A stretch of DNA of 64,000 nucleotides from a virus (Duplodnaviria > Caudoviricetes): IMG/VR virus record IMGVR_UViG_3300011008_000999. One strand, written 5' to 3'. The position numbers and the translations under genes were made by a program. The notes under the pieces were generated by a model. That model saw nothing but the letters and a program-made list of their open reading frames with translations. It did no database searches and was not told where the DNA came from. Below are positions 51,161 to 60,430 of this stretch, piece after piece (the stretch's first letter is position 1; every line of letters starts with the position of its first letter).

Positions 51161-51916
51161 TCATCGATAAGTAACGGTATAATTATATAATACACCGTCT
51201 TTGAACAAAAAGTAATAACCATGATCTCCTAGATACTTCTCAGATAACCGTGTGTACTTATATGTAGCATAATTAATTGTACTCTCTTCTTCTACTGCAT
51301 CTCCAGCAGTATCTTGTACAGTACTAATATCTTCTTGCTGATTATCTATATCAGTTGGATCTCCAGCATTTTCAAGTAACTGTGTTTCAGTTAAATTAAA
51401 TGGACAAGATAATTTAAGCACATTATTTTCTACTACATCAAAAGTAAGAGAACTAAGTGGACAATTATTAATTGTCTTATTCTCATCAGTAAAGTTGCTA
51501 AATGTAACGTAAGCTAAATGTTCATCATCAAGTTTAATTTCAAATGTTTCTGATTCATAGTTAGGTCTAATGTTATTATTAGCATTAGAAATATCTACAA
51601 AAGGAACTTGATTGTCAATCATGTCTTGTAAAGTACTTTTATTAAATGTGTACTTATATCCATTAATTAGAATTGACATATCATCAAAATCGACATAATT
51701 ACTTGATAAAGTATCAGAAGATTGTGGAGCAACTACATTAGGTGTAGGTTCCTCAGTAGGTGTAGCTGTAGGAGCTTCAGTAATTGTAGGTTGCTCAGTC
51801 ACTACAGGTTGTTTTTCTGTAGTAGATGGCTTCATACTAGAACAAGCAGTAAGAGCCATAGAAAGCATCAAAATTCCAATGATAGCTCTCAATCTGTTTT
51901 TCATAATAATTTCCAC
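51161..51916 (-). CDS. Lipoprotein
   Basis: Lipobox LTAC; T/P-rich linker; likely start MKNRL at 51904. Confidence 0.8.
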   Translation of the reverse strand: MEIIMKNRLRAIIGILMLSMALTACSSMKPSTTEKQPVVTEQPTITEAPTATPTEEPTPNVVAPQSSDTLSSNYVDFDDMSILINGYKYTFNKSTLQDMIDNQVPFVDISNANNNIRPNYESETFEIKLDDEHLAYVTFSNFTDENKTINNCPLSSLTFDVVENNVLKLSCPFNLTETQLLENAGDPTDIDNQQEDISTVQDTAGDAVEEESTINYATYKYTRLSEKYLGDHGYYFLFKDGVLYNYTVTYR

Positions 51917-51924
51917 TCCTGTTA

Positions 51925-52470
51925 TTAAATTGTAATAATACCTACATAAGAACCATTGACTGTTCCATCACTAGTTACTACATAGGTTCCAGAACTGATA
52001 TTCTCAATTCTTTCATCTTTTGCTATAGTTGCATACTTTGGAAGTCTTGCAGGAATAGCGATCTTTTTATTTCCAATAGCAAGATTATGAATCAAAGTAT
52101 CTTTATCTACAAGATATAATCCAACTTTTGTTTCAATAGGCACAATAGGAAACTTATCTATAGATGCAATTACATCTTTAATAGCCGCAGTTGCTTTGAT
52201 GAGCTTAACCTTCTTCATCTCATCTTTTACAGTATGAGCTTTCTTTCTAATCTCTACTACCTGATCATCTAAGAATTTAATCTGTTCATTTGTAGTAGCT
52301 AAGAATGTAGTATCATTATGTGCCATATAATTTCGCATAATTCTACATACTTTAAGTCTTTCCTGGTCTAATGTATCAAGAGAGTTCTCATAATCAAGAA
52401 CAGTCATTCCATCTGATTTAAGTTCGGTGTCTAATGCTCTAAAAGCATCTAAAAACTTTTCATTCGCCAT
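51925..52470 (-). CDS. HEPN-like (RNxxxH) plus degenerate CBS-pair protein
   Basis: FLDAFRALDTEL...RNYMAH; C-terminal VGIIT CBS-like end. Confidence 0.55.
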   Translation of the reverse strand: MANEKFLDAFRALDTELKSDGMTVLDYENSLDTLDQERLKVCRIMRNYMAHNDTTFLATTNEQIKFLDDQVVEIRKKAHTVKDEMKKVKLIKATAAIKDVIASIDKFPIVPIETKVGLYLVDKDTLIHNLAIGNKKIAIPARLPKYATIAKDERIENISSGTYVVTSDGTVNGSYVGIITI

Positions 52471-52565
52471 CTTTATAAATCCTTTCTATTATATTTTTTC
52501 AAAAAATAACCAAGAGACTATATTTATAATCATTTGGCCATTGTTAACTTATATAAGATTATAAA

Positions 52566-52575
52566 ATTAAATAGC
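52566..52575 (-). promoter_or_regulatory. Class-2 motif
   Basis: aaaagctatttaattttata, just after a terminator. Confidence 0.65.
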
Positions 52576-52587
52576 TTTTGATAAAAC

Positions 52588-52620
52588 AAAAGACTGACAC
52601 CTTTTGGGGTATCAGCCCTT
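52588..52620 (-). terminator. Intrinsic terminator
   Basis: ctgacacc tttt ggggtatcag hairpin with an A-run on +. Confidence 0.6.
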
Positions 52621-52624
52621 ATTA

Positions 52625-53290
52625 TTAACCATTCTTAAAGAAATTAAAGTTAGTGGTATTAGTAGCATTATCTAAATAACCTTCTCCTAACTTTCCATTA
52701 AGATCTAAATTCTCAAACATTTGTTCAAACATACTTTCAACAGTCTTACCAAGAGCTATTTTATTTTGAACATTATGTATCATTTCATATGAAAATACTT
52801 TATCAGATTGAGCTGTCAATATACAATTTACCTTAACATTTGATCCAATCTTCATAATTGTTTCAATCATATTAGTAACAGATTCTGCAAGCTCGTTATT
52901 GTCTTCATTTAGAATATATTCATCAAATGAGTCAATTATGATTACAATATAACCATGCTCATCTAAAGTCTCTCCACTTTTAATCCATTCATATCTACGC
53001 ATAATTTCTGGTAGAATAAGATGTTTTAATTCTGTTTCAATATCTGATAATGCACTAGCACTAGCATTAAAATTCAAATAATTATCATTTCCTGCAAATA
53101 TTGTTATAGTATTTTTAGGTTCATTATTTAGTTTGTATTGATTGATTATAGTTTTAACAAGAGTTGTTTTACCAGAACCTGGCAATCCAACTATAATTGT
53201 AGAACCAGGATCGAGGCTTACAATCTTCGTACCTATTTCTATCATAAGCGTTTCTCCTAATAAAATGGCTACCCATTTCTGAGTAGCCAT
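52625..53290 (-). CDS. Single-domain FtsK/SpoIIIE-like P-loop ATPase
   Basis: GLPGSGKTT; EIMRRY; IVIIIDSFDE; ILTAQS. Confidence 0.7.
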   Translation of the reverse strand: MATQKWVAILLGETLMIEIGTKIVSLDPGSTIIVGLPGSGKTTLVKTIINQYKLNNEPKNTITIFAGNDNYLNFNASASALSDIETELKHLILPEIMRRYEWIKSGETLDEHGYIVIIIDSFDEYILNEDNNELAESVTNMIETIMKIGSNVKVNCILTAQSDKVFSYEMIHNVQNKIALGKTVESMFEQMFENLDLNGKLGEGYLDNATNTTNFNFFKNG

Positions 53291-53309
53291 TAATAAGATC
53301 TCTTTTCAA

Positions 53310-53627
53310 TTAAGCTAATAACATTTCTAACTGCTTTTTTGCTCTTTCTGGAATATTTGTTCTAAGAATTGATGCAGTCACTAAATCCTGATCTATACAT
53401 TCTAATTCATTATACATATACGCTTCACCAACAATAGCATTATCATCTTCTGGTGTAGGATATATAAGTGGATAGAATATTATACGATCTTTTGACATAT
53501 TGTGAGATTTATCAAACAATATCTCTGGAGCATTAGTCCATTTAGTACTTAACAAAAATTCAAAGAAAAATCCATCCTTTGTAGCTAAATAATGATTAGG
53601 ATCAATTTTATCAATATTCCAACTCAT
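53310..53627 (-). CDS. Hypothetical protein
   Basis: ORF in operon. Confidence 0.6.
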   Translation of the reverse strand: MSWNIDKIDPNHYLATKDGFFFEFLLSTKWTNAPEILFDKSHNMSKDRIIFYPLIYPTPEDDNAIVGEAYMYNELECIDQDLVTASILRTNIPERAKKQLEMLLA

Positions 53628-53632
53628 ATTTA

Positions 53633-54235
53633 TTATTCTGTAACCTCGCTTGTTTCAACATCATCTACTGTCTCCTCAACAGTAGGTTCATCAGAAGAAT
53701 TTTCAGTCGCTACATTTCCAGTAATATCTTCTCTGGTACCTTCAAATTCTTTTACTGTAATAGATCCATCATTACCAACTCTAACAATTACAATAACATC
53801 ATTATCAGTTGCTGATGTAGCATGTCCTTCTTTTTTAGTTTCACCTACAAATGCATAAGACATAGCATTTTCTTCAGTTTTAGTACCAAGTAAAATATAC
53901 ACATTATATCCAGCTTCATCTGCAGCACTAGCACACTCAATAATGGATCTAGCATTATCAGTGTCCATCTCTTCAAATATGAGTAAGTTTGCACCATTTC
54001 TACCTGCAACTGGTACCCATTCGTTAAGAACTTCACCAGTGTCTTCATCAATAATTACTTCCTCAGGTGTACCAATATCAGCTACATTTACTGCTGCTTC
54101 TTTTGCTGAAACTGCATTTTCTGCTGTAGATGCTTTCTTTTCTCCTGTTTTACTACATGCTGCCAATGAACATACCATTACTGCACTAAGCAGCATTACT
54201 ACAAATTTCTTCATTTTTTGAAAAATTCCTTTCAT
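53633..54235 (-). CDS. Lipoprotein
   Basis: Lipobox LAAC. Confidence 0.8.
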   Translation of the reverse strand: MKGIFQKMKKFVVMLLSAVMVCSLAACSKTGEKKASTAENAVSAKEAAVNVADIGTPEEVIIDEDTGEVLNEWVPVAGRNGANLLIFEEMDTDNARSIIECASAADEAGYNVYILLGTKTEENAMSYAFVGETKKEGHATSATDNDVIVIVRVGNDGSITVKEFEGTREDITGNVATENSSDEPTVEETVDDVETSEVTE

Positions 54236-54245
54236 ATTTTTTATG

Positions 54246-54277
54246 ATTATATCACAGATTAGATAAAAAGTAAATAG
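54246..54277 (-). promoter_or_regulatory. Class-1 promoter
   Basis: ctatttac tttttatctaatctgtga tataat. Confidence 0.75.
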
Positions 54278-55438
54278 TTAATGTAGCTCTTTGTAGTCCC
54301 AGTCTTTAACTAAACCTTTTGCCTGAAGTTCAGGATCCTGAATCATGGCATTGATCTCTTTAGAAAGATTTGCATCAGGATTATCAAGAAGCTCTACTAA
54401 TCTAGCAGTAATTTCATCTTCAAAAAGTAAGAATTGAGTATCTACAAGATATTTACCATTACTTTTAAGCATCTTCTGTGAAAGAATGATGTTAAGCTGA
54501 AGAATAAGGTCAAGTGATAAGTTCTTATCATTGTCAAGGTGATATAAAAGACGGTTAATAGTACCAGGAACATCAGAAGCATGGAATGTAGTACTAGTAA
54601 TATGACCAGTACGAGCAGCTTCAATAGCTGCACAAATAACCTCTTTATCTCTACACTCACCAACGATGATGATATTAGGGTGTTCACGAAGAGCAGCTTT
54701 AATACCCATTCCAAATGATAAGAAGTCTTTACCTAATTCTTTTTGGCTAATCTTTACGCTATCAGTACTATTGAAAATATTCTCAATAGGATCTTCAAGT
54801 GTAATGAATACCTTATTATCTAGAATCTCCCCTGGCTGAGTGAATGTGTTAATACAAGCTGCCATAGTAGTTGATTTACCAGAACCAGTAGGACCAGTCT
54901 CGTAACAAATACCAGATGACTTTTTGTAAGCTCTCCTAAGGGCTTCTACACATTTCTCATTATAATTGATTGTGTCAAATGTTGGCTGATCTGGTTTAAT
55001 CATACGGAAAGTAGCTACGTTTCTTTCTTCTGAGAATCCAAATGATACACGATAACGATAACAGTTATTTGGATATTTACCGTAGTTAGCACTAGTTTCA
55101 GGAACTCTAATAGATACAGAAGTATCAAGAAGTTTCTGTCTAACATAACCAGCATTTAACTCATTAAGAATGTACTTATCATAAAAGATTGACCATGTAT
55201 CTTTTGTAATAGGTACACAAGGTACTCTAACAATACGACCAAATCTTGAAATATAAGGACATTCAAATGTCTTGATATACAAGTCAGAACAGTTATGTTC
55301 TGTAGTGAAGATCAATAAATCCTCAATTGACAAATTTTGCTTATTAAGATCAAGAATATCGGCATTAGGATTTTCAGGAGTAGATTCCTTTATTTCTTCA
55401 TCTTTTGGTTTTATGTTTAATTTAAGTGTTTCTGCCAT
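54278..55438 (-). CDS. PilT/VirB11-family secretion ATPase (PilT-like)
   Basis: CSDLYI; GPTGSGKSTT; TLEDPIE; ALREHPNIIIVGECRD; TGH..STTFHA. Confidence 0.9.
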   Translation of the reverse strand: MAETLKLNIKPKDEEIKESTPENPNADILDLNKQNLSIEDLLIFTTEHNCSDLYIKTFECPYISRFGRIVRVPCVPITKDTWSIFYDKYILNELNAGYVRQKLLDTSVSIRVPETSANYGKYPNNCYRYRVSFGFSEERNVATFRMIKPDQPTFDTINYNEKCVEALRRAYKKSSGICYETGPTGSGKSTTMAACINTFTQPGEILDNKVFITLEDPIENIFNSTDSVKISQKELGKDFLSFGMGIKAALREHPNIIIVGECRDKEVICAAIEAARTGHITSTTFHASDVPGTINRLLYHLDNDKNLSLDLILQLNIILSQKMLKSNGKYLVDTQFLLFEDEITARLVELLDNPDANLSKEINAMIQDPELQAKGLVKDWDYKELH

Positions 55439-55451
55439 TTATCTCACCTCA

Positions 55452-56780
55452 TTATAAGTCTTCACCAATTGCAGGAGACCAAATAGGCTGACCATTAGCA
55501 GTTGTTAAACCGTCAGTATCACCTACTGTAGCACCAGAATTCTGCTGGAAACTAAGAGGGAACATAAGAGGTCCAGTGTGAAGGAACTTTTTAGGTTTCT
55601 TATTGATATAATTATCAAGGAAATCAAGCGCCTGAGTAAGTGACTTAGATACAAGAATATTTCTATCTTTACATTCTGTAATAAGATTCATTACTCTCTG
55701 CTTTAACTGATCCTTAGTCTCAGCATATACAAGAACTGAGCAGTTAAACTGACAAAGTACAGTACCCTGTTCAAGATCCTGAATTGCCATAGTCGCAATA
55801 TCAATATTCTGCTGTGTCTCTTCAATAGATTCAATTTCCGCATTAGCCTCAATAGCCTGATCTCGTTCATATCTATCTGATGCTCTAGTTCTCTTTAACT
55901 TAAGCATAGCATCTTCTTTCTTGAGACACTGAATTGTTGTAACAACATTAGGATAATCCATAGGGAAGTTACAAGTTGAAATCTGAGGTGGGAAAGCTTG
56001 AATATCGAGCATACAACCATAAGTTGTCTGAGGATCAAGACCAAAAATATCCATTCCTTCATTATGCATTTCAAACCATCCAAAGTTATCAGATACAGTC
56101 TGAGTAATGGCTCCCATAATAGAAGTATAAGTCTTCTCGCTGATATAAGAAAGTCTATCATAAGAAATCTCATAACAAGGGAACACTTTACTTACAAAGT
56201 TATAGAATACTAGCTCTCTAGATGCACGTACGCATTTATAGTTAATAGTTCTATAAATATTTTCCTCAATCTTCATGATCTTTTCAGGATCAGCTTTAAG
56301 GTTACCAAGACCAGCAAAACTATTAGCCATATTCTTAGCAATAGCTTTAGCCGTGTCCATAAGAGTAAACTCTTCTACATCAGTAACAGTTGTCTGCTGA
56401 ATATCAATACCAAGCATACAATAAGACTGAAGATCATCTCTTACATTTCTAGTAAACTCAGCAGGCATATCATAATCTTCACGATAGATCTTAATTGTAT
56501 TGTAAAGATTCTCAAGTACGTCCTTACGTCTAATAGTCTTTTCAATACGTTCAATTGTGAACTGAACTGTAGGATTATTAGTAGTAAGGTTAGAGATCAT
56601 ATTAGTGATCTGCTGAACTGTATTATGTACTCCACCAGGTGAGTTTGTAGAATAATTTGATAATGGAATTATATAAAAAGCTGTAATAACACCATTATTA
56701 TAAAGAATGTTATCGCCAATAATGTCAATAGTATTTTGAGCTCTGACATTTATTTTAGCTGAAGTATCTTTCTTAGCCAT
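55452..56780 (-). CDS. VirB4/TcpF N-terminal-like transfer protein with no Walker motifs
   Basis: IDIIGDNILY start; ...VLVYAETKDQLKQR; lies directly after a TcpE-like gene; no P-loop. Confidence 0.5.
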   Translation of the reverse strand: MAKKDTSAKINVRAQNTIDIIGDNILYNNGVITAFYIIPLSNYSTNSPGGVHNTVQQITNMISNLTTNNPTVQFTIERIEKTIRRKDVLENLYNTIKIYREDYDMPAEFTRNVRDDLQSYCMLGIDIQQTTVTDVEEFTLMDTAKAIAKNMANSFAGLGNLKADPEKIMKIEENIYRTINYKCVRASRELVFYNFVSKVFPCYEISYDRLSYISEKTYTSIMGAITQTVSDNFGWFEMHNEGMDIFGLDPQTTYGCMLDIQAFPPQISTCNFPMDYPNVVTTIQCLKKEDAMLKLKRTRASDRYERDQAIEANAEIESIEETQQNIDIATMAIQDLEQGTVLCQFNCSVLVYAETKDQLKQRVMNLITECKDRNILVSKSLTQALDFLDNYINKKPKKFLHTGPLMFPLSFQQNSGATVGDTDGLTTANGQPIWSPAIGEDL

Positions 56781-56800
56781 ATTATTCTAATTTCCTTTCT

Positions 56801-57202
56801 TTATAGTATAGATCTTACAAAACTTTTAAATTTTATATCAGTTAAATGAAATTCAGTATGTCTGAAATCATTCATGTATACTTTCTTTGGTTTAAAATAT
56901 GCTGCAAGATATTGATACAGTCTATATCCAGCAAACTGCACATACCATAAAGCACATCCAGCACCAATACCAATTACAAGCCAGAAAATTGTCCATGCAG
57001 GTTTAAAATTACCACCAAATGGATTAAAGAAGTTAATTCTAAATGGTATACTTAAAACAGCACCAACTGCAATAATAACTAATGCTACTGGTGCAACAAC
57101 TTTAAGGAATTCAATTGAGAAACCACCAGGAAGCTGATAACCACCAATGTTATAAAGCTTTGTATCTCTTTTCTGAAGAGACGAGTAGTTGTACAAAATC
57201 AT
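56801..57202 (-). CDS. TcpE/VirB3-like small membrane protein
   Basis: YNYS..K.DTKLYNIGGYQLP; two TMs; GYRLYQYLAAYFKPK. Confidence 0.6.
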   Translation of the reverse strand: MILYNYSSLQKRDTKLYNIGGYQLPGGFSIEFLKVVAPVALVIIAVGAVLSIPFRINFFNPFGGNFKPAWTIFWLVIGIGAGCALWYVQFAGYRLYQYLAAYFKPKKVYMNDFRHTEFHLTDIKFKSFVRSIL

Positions 57203-57220
57203 ATAATTTACCTCCTAAAT

Positions 57221-57245
57221 AAAAAGCTGATCTTTCGATCAGCTT
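57221..57245 (-). terminator. Intrinsic terminator immediately before the RBS of the TcpE-like gene
   Basis: aagctgatc-gaaa-gatcagc followed by T5 on the minus strand. Confidence 0.7.
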
Positions 57246-57469
57246 ATTGTACAAAATATTGATTTTTCCTTTGACTTTCGTGGATGAATTACATAGTCTC
57301 CAGGTGATGAAATTATATTGCATCTAGCATAAGTAGAACCTGTTCTACAATTGTCTACATAGCATTCTCCATAAACTTCACTAACGTATTCATATAACTT
57401 TTGCGAAACATCTTTCACAGTTTCTGCTGAATATGTTAATCCACCATCGCTTAATATACCTGTTACCAC
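57239..57469 (-). CDS. Small hypothetical protein
   Basis: GTG start behind AAGGAG and a class-2 motif at 57503-57512. Confidence 0.45.
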   Translation of the reverse strand: MVTGILSDGGLTYSAETVKDVSQKLYEYVSEVYGECYVDNCRTGSTYARCNIISSPGDYVIHPRKSKEKSIFCTIS

Positions 57470-57515
57470 TGATTATTCATCTCCTTTATAATTCCGTATA
57501 ATATTAAATAGCCAT

Positions 57516-58199
57516 TCAGACATCATTTAATAAAATTAGATCATCTGTAATTATCAAAATATCATCAATTTTATATTTTAATTGGTATACAGGCTTTTTA
57601 TTAATAGCGTATCTTATACATCCAGCTGTACCACCTTTAGATGTTTTCCAACTATCATCAGGATATAATGCAATAATCATATCTGCATCATCTACCATAG
57701 CTTCATTTCGCTTATAAAGTGCTTTTACTACTTCATGATATTCTGCATTCTGTGGTAACTTAGATATGTACTTAACTACATCTGCTCTATCTTTCTGATA
57801 ATTGTACATTTTCTGTCCAAAGAATCTATCAGTTAACCAAGACTTTTCTTGACCTTCAAATGGAATATATAGATGAAGATTGACTGGAAATATACTTTTT
57901 AGACGTTCTGCCGCAATAAATGCTAATTGATCAAATCCTTGCGCTCCACCACATATAAATGTAGTATCAGGTCCATAAGATTTAAGAATTTCAGTTAATT
58001 GATCTAAAAACTGATTATAATTCTTTTTATCATATCCTACAAGATCTTTAGGACGTCTACCAGTAAATGCAATAGTTAAATTAGTATTGTACATATTCCA
58101 TCCATATTTTGGTCCGCAGTATTTACAGTAATGATTATTATCTGTTACATGTTTACATCTGCAGCAATCAGGTTCATCATAGTCTGGTGCATATACCAT
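57516..58199 (-). CDS. YspA/DUF1273-like SLOG-family protein with an N-terminal Cys cluster
   Basis: IAFTGRRP, GGAQGFDQ, RNEAMVD, GGTAGCIRYA. Confidence 0.85.
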   Translation of the reverse strand: MVYAPDYDEPDCCRCKHVTDNNHYCKYCGPKYGWNMYNTNLTIAFTGRRPKDLVGYDKKNYNQFLDQLTEILKSYGPDTTFICGGAQGFDQLAFIAAERLKSIFPVNLHLYIPFEGQEKSWLTDRFFGQKMYNYQKDRADVVKYISKLPQNAEYHEVVKALYKRNEAMVDDADMIIALYPDDSWKTSKGGTAGCIRYAINKKPVYQLKYKIDDILIITDDLILLNDV

Positions 58200-58822
58200 T
58201 ATTGTTCACCTTTAAGTTTAGCGAGCTTGGCTTCAAGTTCAGCTATTTTGTTAGCCTTTTCAGCATTCTTACGCTCTGCTATCTTACTATCAATTTGATC
58301 ATAGATTGACTTAATATATGTTTCATCATTAAGACATTTAGTTATAAAGTATTCTATAGGAATGCTAATATAACCACTTAACCATCCATCTGAACTAATT
58401 TCTTCAGCATAAAACTTTACGTGAGTGTCAGTAATTTCTTTGATATGATCAAGTTTACAACGTGTTATATCGAAATCAGATTTGTCTAAATCAAATACAT
58501 CTTCATCTGCAACTATTTCTCGTATAATGCCAAACCTTAATACTGCTTCCCTAGGATAATACCAACCATATTTTGACTCAATGAGTTTATTAATGTTATT
58601 TAAGATACCTTTACCTGAATGAATGAAATCTTTTTTAAAAGAGTCTTTTTCTTTAACAAGATCATTAATAGATTCATCGAAGGCTTTTCGTCTATTGGAT
58701 AATTCTTGTTCAAGAGTTGTTATTTCTTGTGTAAGAGATTCATTAGATTTTTTAAACTCATCCTGTTTCTGCTGTAGCTCAGTCTGAATACTAACATATC
58801 TATCAAATATATGTTTTTCCAT
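58199..58822 (-). CDS. Coiled-coil hypothetical protein
   Basis: GGAGG RBS. Confidence 0.7.
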   Translation of the reverse strand: MEKHIFDRYVSIQTELQQKQDEFKKSNESLTQEITTLEQELSNRRKAFDESINDLVKEKDSFKKDFIHSGKGILNNINKLIESKYGWYYPREAVLRFGIIREIVADEDVFDLDKSDFDITRCKLDHIKEITDTHVKFYAEEISSDGWLSGYISIPIEYFITKCLNDETYIKSIYDQIDSKIAERKNAEKANKIAELEAKLAKLKGEQ

Positions 58823-58832
58823 AAAAACCTCC

Positions 58833-59168
58833 TTAATCCATATAACTTACTCGTCTAATTTCATACTTTATGTCGTAGTTACCAAGACTTCTATCAATTA
58901 AGAAAATAATCTCATCCTGATCAGTATCTTCTACTTCCCAAGTAAGAGGATCATTATAAATCTCTTCCATAGCCTCTTTTACATAATCAACACCTTTAGA
59001 TGTTCTAAAAGTATCAATTGCAAGCTTAAGATGTTTTTTAACTGTATCGATTGCTTTTACTGGGCTATCAAAAAGTTTATAATCATAATTCAAATCTTTA
59101 TATAACTCTACATAAAAATCTTTATCCTGATTGATCTTAAAATAAGCTAAATATGCGTAATTTTTCAT
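58833..59168 (-). CDS. Hypothetical protein
   Basis: ORF in operon. Confidence 0.65.
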   Translation of the reverse strand: MKNYAYLAYFKINQDKDFYVELYKDLNYDYKLFDSPVKAIDTVKKHLKLAIDTFRTSKGVDYVKEAMEEIYNDPLTWEVEDTDQDEIIFLIDRSLGNYDIKYEIRRVSYMD

Positions 59169-59570
59169 TTATCCTACCATATATTCATTAGAGAATTTAT
59201 CACCATAGTATGCTCTACCAGCACCTAAGTAATCACACATCATTTCAAGTGCATATTTGAATGGCATTTTCTTAGGAATAAATCCTTTTTCAAAATCGTC
59301 CATCCAGTATTCCCAATGATGTTTATTACGACCTCTATGATGAAACCATGCCATAGAATAACCATTTTCTTCTTTACATGCATCTATAGGAGATCTATTA
59401 CCTTGCCAGTACTTAGCTGATTCCCAAAATTCAGTTGGACTAAATTTTGACATATCATGTAAAATACCTTGTATATATAAGCCACACATAAAACAATAAT
59501 GTGCTACACATTTTTTATGTTTGAGAACAGTCTTTAAGTGTCCAATAAAGTTTTTCATTTTATACTCCAA
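59169..59570 (-). CDS. DUF5662-like HD-related protein
   Basis: HDMSKFSPTEF; AWFHHRGRNKHHWEYW; EMMCDYLGAGRAY. Confidence 0.75.
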   Translation of the reverse strand: MEYKMKNFIGHLKTVLKHKKCVAHYCFMCGLYIQGILHDMSKFSPTEFWESAKYWQGNRSPIDACKEENGYSMAWFHHRGRNKHHWEYWMDDFEKGFIPKKMPFKYALEMMCDYLGAGRAYYGDKFSNEYMVG

Positions 59571-59748
59571 TAGTTACTGCACAAGCATTCCACCAATCAA
59601 GATCAAATTTAGCTTGACCAGATGGATTAAGTTCTACAAATACTAAACTGCCAACTATTGAAATATCTTTAACTTTTAGTACCTGCTGAACTACATCTCC
59701 ATTTGTAACTATATCTTTATCAATTTTAATATTTATACTAACTTGCAT
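59560..59748 (-). CDS. Small hypothetical protein
   Basis: TNGDV...FDLDWWNA phage-like small protein; GGAG RBS. Confidence 0.6.
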   Translation of the reverse strand: MQVSINIKIDKDIVTNGDVVQQVLKVKDISIVGSLVFVELNPSGQAKFDLDWWNACAVTIGV

Positions 59749-59756
59749 AATACTCC

Positions 59757-60239
59757 TTATACAAGACCATGATTTCGTTCATAATCAAATATATCACGAC
59801 CAATATTCTCAACATGAACTAACATCCAGTGTGTTTCTGTTTTAAGATATCTCATAATATCCTCTACAGAATCGAGTGTATTCTGACAAAGTCGATGCGC
59901 TTTGATAATACGATTCTCTTCTAGTTGTAGTTTATAAATACGCTCAGCAAGATCTCTAGCAACATCTTCTTTAGCATTCATTTTCTTCAGGTCTTTATGA
60001 AATTTTTCAATGTCATCACAAAGTTTACAACAATCTGCTGAAGTAAAGTATCTATCCATTCGTTTCTCCTTTACATAATCAATATGTTCAAATTCGCTCT
60101 TGATACAATCTATAGTATAGTCTTTACTAAAAAGTACGCTATTTTCATTATCATCTGTAACACATATTGTAGAATACGTTTTTCCGGTCTTTAACATGAG
60201 ATCTAAAGGATTAGCTGTAATAATAGTGTCAACTCTCAT
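59757..60239 (-). CDS. Hypothetical protein
   Basis: First gene after the class-1 promoter at 60282-60313. Confidence 0.7.
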   Translation of the reverse strand: MRVDTIITANPLDLMLKTGKTYSTICVTDDNENSVLFSKDYTIDCIKSEFEHIDYVKEKRMDRYFTSADCCKLCDDIEKFHKDLKKMNAKEDVARDLAERIYKLQLEENRIIKAHRLCQNTLDSVEDIMRYLKTETHWMLVHVENIGRDIFDYERNHGLV

Positions 60240-60281
60240 TTTATTACCTCATTATATATTAAGTGTTTAGAAGTTAATTTT

Positions 60282-60313
60282 ATTATATCAAGCTAGAATA
60301 TAATTGTAAATAG
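60282..60313 (-). promoter_or_regulatory. Class-1 promoter
   Basis: ctatttac aattatattctagcttga tataat. Confidence 0.8.
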
Positions 60314-60351
60314 TTATTGCAATATTTTTATATATTAGACTATCTTAAAAG

Positions 60352-60394
60352 AAAAAGCCTATTACCAACGCTGATATTGTTAATAATAGGCTTT
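60352..60394 (-). terminator. Intrinsic terminator
   Basis: aaagcctatta...taataggcttt. Confidence 0.7.
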
Positions 60395-60430
60395 ATTTCT
60401 TAAATTGTATAAAAAGTTACTTAAAAGGTA

